A stretch of 64,000 bases of DNA from the human T2T-CHM13v2.0 reference genome, Homo sapiens. The number at the start of each line of letters is the position of its first letter. Position 1 is the first letter of the stretch. Where the stretch lies: assembly GCF_009914755.1 (NCBI RefSeq), contig NC_060948.1, one strand, 5' to 3'. Positions 1 to 11,000 of this stretch are shown here, piece after piece. A model generated the notes under the pieces. It saw only the letters and a list, made by a program, of their open reading frames with translations, did not search any database and was not told where the DNA came from. The translations under genes were made by a program, and so were the position numbers.

Positions 1-385
1 GGACTGCAATAGAAAGGATTCGAATGGAATGAAAAAGAATTGAATGGAATAGAACAGAATGGAATCAAATCGAATGAAATGGAATGGAATAGAAAGGAAT
101 GGAATGAAATGGAATGGAAAGGATTCGAATGGAATGCAATCGAATGGAATGCAGTCGAACGGAATGGAATCGAACGGAATGGAATAAAATGGAAGAAAAC
201 TGGCAAGAAATGGAATCGAAATGAATGGAGTGTTATGGGACGGACTCAAAAGGAATTGAATGTAATAGAATGGAGTGGAGTGGACTCGAATATAATGGAC
301 TGGAATGGAATGAAATCACATGGAATGGGAACGAATGGAATGGAATGGAAATGAATGGAATCGAATGGAAAGGAATCGAATGGAA
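1..385 (+). repeat. Partial copy of a 1142-bp truncated DYZ1 unit (cut by window start)
   Basis: Matches 1143-1527 at offset 1142 and ends in the junction TCGAATGGAA|ATCACTCG. Confidence 0.9.
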
Positions 386-1527
386 ATCACTCGAATAGAA
401 TGCAATTTAATAAAATAGGATCAAATGTAATGGAATGGAATGGAAAGGAATCGAAACGAAAGGAATGGAGACAGATGCAATGGAATGGAACAGAGAGCAA
501 TGGTATAGAATGCAATGGAATCATCTGGAATGGAATTGAATGGAATGGAATAATATGAAATGGAATGGAATGGAATGGAATGCCCTTGAATTAAATGGAC
601 TGGAATGGAATGGACTCGAACAGAGTGGAATGAAAAGTGTTGAGATAGAATGGAATGGACTCTTTTGGAATGGTCTAGTATGCAATGCAATCGACTGGCA
701 GGGAATCAAAAGGAATGTAATCGAATGGATTGGACTGGAATGCAATGGACTCGAATAGATTGGAAACGGAATGCAAAGGAATGGAATGGAATAGTATGGA
801 ATGGAATGGAAAGGAATGGAGTGGAATAGACTAGAGTGGAATGGAATGGACTGGAAAACAATGGACTGGAATGGAACTTTCTTGAATGGACTGGAATCAA
901 ACGGAATGGAATGCAATGCAATCAAATGGCATGGAATAAAATAGAATGAAAGAGAATCAAATGGAATTGAATCGAATGGAATCGAATGGATTGGAAAGGA
1001 ATAGAATGGAATGGAATGGAATTGACTCAAATGGAATGGACTAGAATGGAATGGATTCGAATGGAAGGCAAAGGAATGGAATCTATTGGAATGGACTGTA
1101 ATGGAATGGAATGGAAGGGATTGGAATGGACTCGAATGGAATGGACTGCAATAGAAAGGATTCGAATGGAATGAAAAAGAATTGAATGGAATAGAACAGA
1201 ATGGAATCAAATCGAATGAAATGGAATGGAATAGAAAGGAATGGAATGAAATGGAATGGAAAGGATTCGAATGGAATGCAATCGAATGGAATGCAATCGA
1301 ACGGAATGGAATCGAACGGAATGGAATAAAATGGAAGAAAACTGGCAAGAAATGGAATCGAAATGAATGGAGTGTTATGGAACGGACTCAAAAGGAATTG
1401 AATGTAATAGAATGGAGTGGAGTGGACTCGAATATAATGGACTGGAATGGAATGAAATCACATGGAATGGGAACGAATGGAATGGAATGGAAAGGAATGG
1501 AATCGAATGGAAAGGAATCGAATGGAA
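386..1527 (+). repeat. 1142-bp truncated DYZ1 unit, copy A
   Basis: Landmarks recur at offset 1142 (ORF-track starts 40/1182/2324, 540/1682, 986/2128). It lacks the StuI/HaeIII and EcoRI sites. Confidence 0.93.
873..887. promoter_or_regulatory. Putative heat-shock element HSE-A (gGAAc tTTCt tGAAt), once per unit
   Basis: Exact match to nGAAnnTTCnnGAAn. Recurs at 2015, 5580, 9129, 16226, 19730, 26883, 30401, 34519, 38078, 41627, 44477, 47322, 50157, 53720, 56555, 60118 and 63671; mutated to TTA at 12678 and 23299. The motif is seen; binding is inferred. Confidence 0.6.
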
Positions 1528-2669
1528 ATCACTCGAATAGAATGCAATTTAATAAAATAGGATCAAATGTAATGGAATGGAATGGAAAGGAATCGAAACG
1601 AAAGGAATGGAGACAGATGGAATGGAATGGAACAGAGAGCAATGGTATAGAATGGAATGGAATCATCTGGAATGGAATTGAATGGAATGGAATAATATGA
1701 AATGGAATGGAATGGAATGGAATGCCCTTGAATTAAATGGACTGGAATGGAATGGACTCGAACAGAGTGGAATGAAAAGTGTTGAGATAGAATGGAATGG
1801 ACTCTTTTGGAATGGTCTAGTATGCAATGCAATCGACTGGCAGCGAATCAAAAGGAATGTAATCGAATGGATTGGACTGGAATGCAATGGACTCGAATAG
1901 ATTGGAAACGGAATGCAAAGGAATGGAATGGAATAGTATGGAATGGAATGGAAAGGAATGGAGTGGAATAGACTAGAGTGGAATGGAATGGACTGGAAAG
2001 CAATGGACTGGAATGGAACTTTCTTGAATGGACTGGAATCAAACGGAATGGAATGCAATGCAATCAAATGGCATGGAATAAAATAGAATGAAAGAGAATC
2101 AAATGGAATTGAATCGAATGGAATCGAATGGATTGGAAAGGAATAGAATGGAATGGAATGGAATTGACTCAAATGGAATGGACTAGAATGGAATGGATTC
2201 GAATGGAAGGCAAAGGAATGGAATCTATTGGAATGGACTGTAATGGAATGGAATGGAAGGGATTGGAATGGACTCGAATGGAATGGACTGCAATAGAAAG
2301 GATTCGAATGGAATGAAAAAGAATTGAATGGAATAGAACAGAATGGAATCAAATCGAATGAAATGGAATGGAATAGAAAGGAATGGAATGAAATGGAATG
2401 GAAAGGATTCGAATGGAATGCAATCGAATGGAATGCAATCGAACGGAATGGAATCGAACGGAATGGAATAAAATGGAAGAAAACTGGCAAGAAATGGAAT
2501 CGAAATGAATGGAGTGTTATGGAACGGACTCAAAAGGAATTGAATGTAATAGAATGGAGTGGAGTGGACTCGAATATACTGGACTGGAATGGAATGAAAT
2601 CACATGGAATGGGAACGAATGGAATGGAATGGAAAGGAATGGAATCGAATGGAAAGGAATCGAATGGAA
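1528..2669 (+). repeat. 1142-bp segment, copy B, running on into a full-length DYZ1 unit
   Basis: Near-identical to 386-1527. At 2670 it continues with the normal GGGAATGAAATTGAATCAACA instead of jumping. Confidence 0.92.
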
Positions 2670-4278
2670 GGGAATGAAATTGAATCAACAGGAATGGAAG
2701 GGAATAGAATAGACGGTAATGGAATGGACTCGAATAGAATGGACACGAATGCTGAAATTGAATGGACTCGAATGGAATGGAAACGAAAGGAATGTCATCG
2801 AATGGAATTGAATCGATTGGAATGAAATCGCATGGAATGGAGTGGAATCCAATGGAATTGAATCGAAAGGAAAGGAAGCGAATGGACTGAAATGAAATGG
2901 AATGGAATTGAATGGAAAGTAATGCAATGGAATAGAATGGAACGAAATTTCACGGAATGGAATCAAACTGAATGGAATCAAATCAATGGAATATAATCAA
3001 ATGGAATGGAAAGGAATTGAATGGAGTAGATGGGATTGGATGGGATTGGAATGAAATGTACTGGAAAAGACTCGAATTTTATGAAACGGAATGGAATGAA
3101 TTGGAACGGAATGGACTCGAATGGAATGGAATGTCATGGAATGGCATCAAATGGAATGGCATCAAATGGAATGGAATCGAATGCAATGGAATGCTATGGA
3201 ATGGAATGGAATGCATTGGAATGGAATGTCCTCTAATGGAATGGATTCGAGTGGAATGGAATCGAATATAATGGAGTCGAATGAAATGGAATTGAAAGGA
3301 ATGGGATCGAATACAATGGAATATACTGGAATGTAACGTAATGAACTCGAATGTAATTGACTGGAATGGAATGTACATGAATGGAATGTAATCGAATGGA
3401 AAGTAATCCAATGGAATAGAATCTAATGCAATAAAATCGACTCAAATAGAATAGAATGTAATGGAATGGAGTGCAGTGCAATGGAATGGAATGGAATGGA
3501 ATTCAATGCAATGGAATGTAATGGAATGGAATGGAATGGGATGGAATGGTATGGAATGGATAGTAATGGACTGGAGTGAAATGGACTGGAAAGGAATGGA
3601 CTCAAATTGAAAGGGCTCGAAAGGAATGGAGTCAAATGGAATGGTCTGGAATGGAATGAACACGAATGTAATGCAATCCAATAGAATGGAATCGAATGGC
3701 ATGGAATATAAAGAAATGGAATCGAAGAGAATGGAAACAAATGGAATGGAATTGAATGGAATGGAATTGAATGGAATGGGAAGGAATGGAGTGAAATTGT
3801 ATGCAGTAGAAGAGAATAGAATGGAATGCAAGCGAAAGGAAAGGAATGGATTTCAATGGAATGGAATTCATTGGAATGGAAGGGAATGTAGTGTAATGGA
3901 CAGGCCTGGAATAAAGTGGAATGCTACGGTCTCGAATGGAATAAAAATGTATGGAATGGAATGCAATGAAACGGAATCGAATGTCATAGAATGTAATGGA
4001 ATGCAAAAAAAATGGAATCCAAAATCATTGACTGGAAAGGCTGTGTGTCGAAAGGAATTGACTCCAATGGAATGGAATCGAATGGAATGGAAGTGAATAG
4101 AATCGAACTAAATCGAATGGAATGGAATTGATAGGAACGGAATGGAAAGGAATGCAATGATTTGGCATGGAATGGAATCGAATGGCATCGAATGGAATGG
4201 AATGGAATGCAATGGAATGGAATGTATTAGAATGTAATGAACATTAATGGAATGTACTCGAATGGATTCGACTGGAAT

Positions 4279-4293
4279 GGAATGTTCTAGAAG
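4279..4293. promoter_or_regulatory. Putative heat-shock element HSE-B (gGAAt gTTCt rGAAg), once per full unit
   Basis: Exact three-pentamer HSE, in the TTCTAGAA form in the first four units and TTCTGGAA in later ones. Broken near 18430 and 62380. The motif is seen; binding is inferred. Confidence 0.62.
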
Positions 4294-4558
4294 TGAATGG
4301 ACTCCAATGGAATGGATTCGAAAGGAATGGAATCGAACGGAATGGCATCTAATGGAATGGAATTAAATGGAAATGAATCAAATTGAATAGCACGGAATTG
4401 AATTGAATGGAATCGAATGCAATGGAATCTAATGAAACGGAAAGGAAAGGAATGGAATGGAATGGAATGGGCTGGAATGGAATGGAATCGAAACGAATGG
4501 AATGGAATCGAACTGAAGAGACTGGAATGGAATGCACTGGAATGGAAGGGAGTGTAGT

Positions 4559-4573
4559 GGAAGGTTCTCGAAA
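4559..4573. promoter_or_regulatory. Putative heat-shock element HSE-C (gGAAg gTTCt cGAAa)
   Basis: Exact three-pentamer HSE 280 bp downstream of HSE-B. Intact in most units left of 30 kb and degraded in all units from ~32.9 kb onward. Confidence 0.55.
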
Positions 4574-7451
4574 AAAATGGAATCGAATGGAATGGAATTG
4601 AATGGAACGGAATAGAGTCGAATGGAATTGAATGGAATGGAATGGACTAGAGTGAAATGGAATTGAACCACAAGGAATGGACTGGAATAGAATGGTCTCG
4701 AATTGAAAGGAATCGTATGGAATCGCATCAAACGGAATGGAATGGACAGCCACGGAATGGAATGCACTCGAATGCAATGGAGTCGAAACTAATGGACTGG
4801 AATAGAATGGACTCGACTGGTACGGACTCCAATGGAATGGAATCGAATGGAAGGGAATCGAACGGAATGGACTCGAAGGGAAAAGACTGCAATGGAAAGG
4901 TCTCGAATGGAATGGAAATTAATGGCATGGAATGGAATCGAATGAAATGGAGTCAAAAGGAATGGAATCGAATGGCAAGAAATCGAATGGAATGGAATCA
5001 CAAGGAATTGATGTGAACGGAACGGAATGGAATGGAATCCAAAGGAATGGAATAGAATGGAATGGAATCGAATGGAAAGGACTCGAATGGAAATCACTCG
5101 AATAGAATGCAATTTAATAAAATAGGATCAAATGTAATGGAATGGAATGGAAAGGAATCGAAATGAAAGGAATGGAGAAAGATGGAATGGAATGGAGCAG
5201 AGAGCAATGGTATAGAATGGAATGGAATCATCTGGAATGGAATTGAATGGAATGGAATAATATGAAATGGAATGGAATGGAATGGAATGCCCTTGAATTA
5301 AATGGACTGGAATGGAATGGACTCGAACAGAGTGGAATGGAAAGTGTTGAAATAGAATGGAATGGACTCCTTTGGAATGGTCTAGTATGCAATGCAATCG
5401 ACTGGCAGGGAATCAAAAGGAATGTAATCGAATGGATTGGAGTGGAATGCAATGGACTCGAATAGATTGGAAACGGAATGCAAAGGAATGGAATGGAATA
5501 GTATGGAATGGAATGGAAAGGAATGGAGTGGAATAGACTAGAGTGGAATGGAATGGACTGGAAAGCAATGGACTGGAATGGAACTTTCTTGAATGGACTG
5601 GAATCAAACGGAATGGAATGCAATGCAATCAAATGGCATGGAATAAAATAGAATGAAAGAGAATCAAATGGAATTGAATCGAATGGAATCGAATGGATTG
5701 GAAAGGAATAGAATGGAATGGAATGGAATTGACTCAAATGGAATGGACTAGAATGGAATGGATTCGAATGGAAGGCAAAGGAATGGAATCTATTGGAATG
5801 GACTGTAATGGAATGGAATGGAAGGGATTGGAATGGACTCGAATGGAATGGACTGCAATAGAAAGGATTCGAATGGAATGAAAAAGAATTGAATGGAATA
5901 GAACAGAATGGAATCAAATCGAATGAAATGGAATGGAATAGAAAGGAATGGAATGAAATGGAATGGAAAGGATTCGAATGGAATGCAATCGAATGGAATG
6001 GAATCGAACGGAATGGAATAAAATGGAAGCAAACTGGCAAGAAATGGAATCGAAATGAATGGAGTGTTATGGAACGGACTCAAAAGGAATTGAATGTAAT
6101 AGAATGGAGTGGAGTGGACTCGAATATACTGGACTGGAATGGAATGAAATCACATGGAATGGGAACGAATGGAATGGAATGGAAAGGAATGGAATCGAAT
6201 GGAAAGGAATCGAATGGAAGGGAATGAAATTGAATCAACAGGAATGGAAGGGAATAGAATAGACGGTAATGGAATGGACTCGAATAGAATGGACACGAAT
6301 GCTGAAATTGAATGGACTCGAATGGAATGGAAACGAAAGGAATGTCATCGAATGGAATTGAATCGATTGGAATGAAATCGCATAGAATGGAGTGGAATCC
6401 AATGGAATTGAATCGAAAGGAAAGGAAGCGAATGGACTGAAATGAAATGGAATGGAATTGAATGGAAAGTAATGCAATGGAATAGAATGGAACGAAATTT
6501 CACGGAATGGAATCAAACTGAATGGAATCAAATCAATGGAATCTAATCAAATGGAATGGAAAGGAATTGAATGGAGTAGATGGGATTGGATGTGATTGGA
6601 ATGAAATGTACTGGAAAAGACTCGAATTTTATGAAACGGTATGGAATGAATTGGAACGGAATGGACTCGAATGGAATGGAATGTCATGGAATGGCATCAA
6701 ATGGAATGGCATCAAATGGAATGGAATCGAATGCAATGGAATGCTATGGAATGGAATGGAATGCATTGGAATGGAATGTCCTCTAATGGAATGGATTCGA
6801 GTGGAATGGAATCGAATATAATGGAGTCGAATGAAATGGAATTGAAAGGAATGGGATCGAATACAATGGAATATACTGGAATGTAACGTAATGAACTCGA
6901 ATGTAATTGACTGGAATGGAATGTACATGAATGGAATGTAATCGAATGGAAAGTAATCCAATGGAATAGAATCTAATGCAATAAAATCGACTCAAATAGA
7001 ATAGAATGTAATGGAATGGAGTGCAGTGCAATGGAATGGAATGGAATGGAATGCAATGCAATGGAATGTAATGGAATGGAATGGAATGGGATGGAATGGT
7101 ATGGAATGGATAGTAATGGACTGGAGTGAAATGGACTGGAAAGGAATGGACTCAAATTGAAAGGGCTCGAAAGGAATGGAGTCAAATGGAATGGTCTGGA
7201 ATGGAATGAACACGAATGTAATGCAATCCAATAGAATGGAATCGAATGGCATGGAATATAAAGAAATGGAATCAAAGAGAATGGAAACAAATGGAATGGA
7301 ATTGAATGGAATGGAATTGAATGGAATGGGAAGGAATGGAGTGAAATTGTATGCAGTAGAAGAGAATAGAATGGAATGCAAGCGAAAGGAAAGGAATGGA
7401 TTGCAATGGAATGGAATTCATTGGAATGGAAGGGAATGTAGTGTAATGGAC

Positions 7452-10400
7452 AGGCCTGGAATAAAGTGGAATGCTACGGTCTCGAATGGAATAAAAATGT
7501 ATGGAATGGAATGCAATGAAACGGAATCGAATGTCATAGAATGTAATGGAATGCAAAAAAATGGAATCCAAAATCATTGACTGGAAAGGCTGTGTGTCGA
7601 AAGGAATTGACTCCAATGGAATGGAATCGAATGGAATGGAAGTGAATAGAATCGAACTAAATCGAATGGAATGGAATTGATAGGAACGGAATGGAAAGGA
7701 ATGCAATGATTTGGCATGGAATGGAATCGAATGGCATCGAACGGAATGGAATGGAATGCAATGGAATGGAATGTATTAGAATGTAATGAACATTAATGGA
7801 ATGTACTCGAATGGATTCGACTGGAATGGAATGTTCTAGAAGTGAATGGACTCCAATGGAATGGATTCGAAAGGAATGGAATCGAACGGAATGGCATCTA
7901 ATGGAATGGAATTAAATGGAAATGAATCAAATTGAATAGCACGGAATTGAATTGAATGGAATCGAATGCAATGGAATCTAATGAAACGGAAAGGAAAGGA
8001 ATGGAATGGAATGGAATGGGCTGGAATGGAATGGAATCGAAACGAATGGAATGGAATCGAACTGAAGAGACTGGAATGGAATGCACTGGAATGGAAGGGA
8101 GTGTAGTGGAAGGTTCTCGAAAAAAATGGAATCGAATGGAATGGAATTGAATGGAACGGAATAGAGTCGAATGGAATTGAATGGAATGGAATGGACTAGA
8201 GTGAAATGGAATCGAACCACAAGGAATGGACTGGAATAGAATGGTCTCGAATTGAAAGGAATCGTATGGAATGGCATCAAACGGAATGGAATGGACAGCC
8301 ACGGAATGGAATGCACTCGAATGCAATGGAGTCGAAACTAATGGACTGGAATAGAATGGACTCGACTGGTACGGACTCCAATGGAATGGAATCGAATGGA
8401 AGGGAATCGAACGCAATGGACTCGAAGGGAAAAGACTGCAATGGAAAGGTCTCGAATGGAATGGAAATTAATGGAATGGAATGGAATCGAATGAAATGGA
8501 GTCAAAAGGAATGGAATCGAGTGGCAAGAAATCGAATGGAATGGAATCACAAGGAATTGATGTGAACGGAACGGAATGGAATGGAATCCAAAGGAATGGA
8601 ATAGAATGGAATGGAATCGAATGGAAAGGACTCGAATGGAAATCACTCGAATAGAATGCAATTTAATAAAATAGGATCAAATGTAATGGAATGGAATGGA
8701 AAGGAATCGAAATGAAAGGAATGGAGACAGATGGAATGGAATGGAACAGAGAGCAATGGTATAGAATGGAATGGAATCATCTGGAATGGAATTGAATGGA
8801 ATGGAATAATATGAAATGGAATGGAATGGAATGGAATGCCCTTGAATTAAATGGACTGGAATGGAATGGACTCGAACAGAGTGGAATGGAAAGTGTTGAA
8901 ATAGAATGGAATGGACTCCTTTGGAATGGTCTAGTATGCAATGCAATCGACTGGCAGGGAATCAAAAGGAATGTAATCGAATGGATTGGACTGGAATGCA
9001 ATGGACTCGAATAGATTGGAAACGGAATGCAAAGGAATGGAATGGAATAGTATGGAATGGAATGGAAAGGAATGGAGTGGAATAGACTAGAGTGGAATGG
9101 AATGGACTGGAAAGCAATGGACTGGAATGGAACTTTCTTGAATGGACTGGAATCAAACGGAATGGAATGCAATGCAATCAAATGGCATGGAATAAAATAG
9201 AATGAAAGAGAATCAAATGGAATTGAATCGAATGGAATCGAATGGATTGGAAAGGAATAGAATGGAATGGAATGGAATTGACTCAAATGGAATGGACTAG
9301 AATGGAATGGATTCGAATGGAAGGCAAAGGAATGGAATCTATTGGAATGGACTGTAATGGAATGGAATGGAAGGGATTGGAATGGACTCGAATGGAATGG
9401 ACTGCAATAGAAAGGATTCGAATGGAATGAAAAAGAATTGAATGGAATAGAACAGAATGGAATCAAATCGAATGAAATGCAATGGAATAGAAAGGAATGG
9501 AATGAAATGGAATGGAAAGGATTCGAATGGAATGCAATCGAATGGAATGGAATCGAACGGAATGGAATAAAATGGAAGAAAACTGGCAAGAAATGGAATC
9601 GAAATGAATGGAGTGTTATGGAACGGACTCAAAAGGAATTGAATGTAATAGAATGGAGTGGAGTGGACTCGAATATACTGGACTGGAATGGAATGAAATC
9701 ACATGGAATGGGAACGAATGGAATGGAATGGAAAGGAATGGAATCGAATGGAAAGGAATCGAATGGAAGGGAATGAAATTGAATCAACAGGAATGGAAGG
9801 GAATAGAATAGACGGTAATGGAATGGACTCGAATAGAATGGACACGAATGCTGAAATTGAATGGACTCGAATGGAATGGAAACGAAAGGAATGTCATCGA
9901 ATGGAATTGAATCGATTGGAATGAAATCGCATAGAATGGAGTGGAATCCAATGGAATTGAATCGAAAGGAAAGGAAGCGAATGGACTGAAATGAAATGGA
10001 ATGGAATTGAATGGAAAGTAATGCAATGGAATAGAATGGAACGAAATTTCACGGAATGGAATCAAACTGAATGGAATCAAATCAATGGAATCTAATCAAA
10101 TGGAATGGAAAGGAATTGAATGGAGTAGATGGGATTGGATGTGATTGGAATGAAATGTACTGGAAAAGACTCGAATTTTATGAAACGGTATGGAATGAAT
10201 TGGAACGGAATGGACTCGAATGGAATGGAATGTCATGGAATGGCATCAAATGGAATGGCATCAAATGGAATGGAATCGAATGCAATGGAATGCTATGGAA
10301 TGGAATGGAATGCATTGGAATGGAATGTCCTCTAATGGAATGGATTCGAGTGGAATGGAATCGAATATAATGGAGTCGAATGAAATGGAATTGAAAGGAA

Positions 10401-11000
10401 TGGGATCGAATACAATGGAATATACTGGAATGTAACGTAATGAACTCGAATGTAATTGACTGGAATGGAATGTACATGAATGGAATGTAATCGAATGGAA
10501 AGTAATCCAATGGAATAGAATCTAATGCAATAAAATCGACTCAAATAGAATAGAATGTAATGGAATGGAGTGCAGTGCAATGGAATGGAATGGAATGGAA
10601 TGCAATGCAATGGAATGTAATGGAATGGAATGGAATGGGATGGAATGGTATGGAATGGATAGTAATGGACTGGAGTGAAATGGACTGGAAAGGAATGGAC
10701 TCAAATTGAAAGGGCTCGAAAGGAATGGAGTCAAATGGAATGGTCTGGAATGGAATGAACACGAATGTAATGCAATCCAATAGAATGGAATCGAATGGCA
10801 TGGAATATAAAGAAATGGAATCGAAGAGAATGGAAACAAATGGAATGGAATTGAATGGAATGGAATTGAATGGAATGGGAAGGAATGGAGTGAAATTGTA
10901 TGCAGTAGAAGAGAATAGAATGGAATGCAAGCGAAAGGAAAGGAATGGATTGCAATGGAATGGAATTCATTGGAATGGAAGGGAATGTAGTGTAATGGAC
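7452..11000 (+). repeat. DYZ1 unit U2 (3549 bp)
   Basis: AGGCCT at 7452 and 11001; XbaI at 7835. Confidence 0.92.

Larger units (their letters stand above)
3902..7451 (+). repeat. DYZ1 unit U1 (StuI to StuI, 3550 bp)
   Basis: AGGCCT at 3902 and 7452; XbaI TCTAGA at 4286. Confidence 0.92.

Noticed and set aside
405-420. AATAAA polyadenylation signals and TATA-like AT patches (several per unit)
   Set aside because: They arise by one or two substitutions from GGAAT-GGAAT, and there is no convincing downstream GU-rich element. DYZ1 transcripts are reported but cannot be delimited from sequence alone.
2943-2957. Fourth HSE candidate cGAAa tTTCa cGGAa
   Set aside because: Only two perfect pentamers, with a mismatched third; not counted as a canonical HSE.
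3020-3050. Canonical G-quadruplex potential (GGGATTGGATGGGATTGG)
   Set aside because: There are no four closely spaced GGG runs; GG-only tracts in GGAAT favour G-A hairpins rather than G4.
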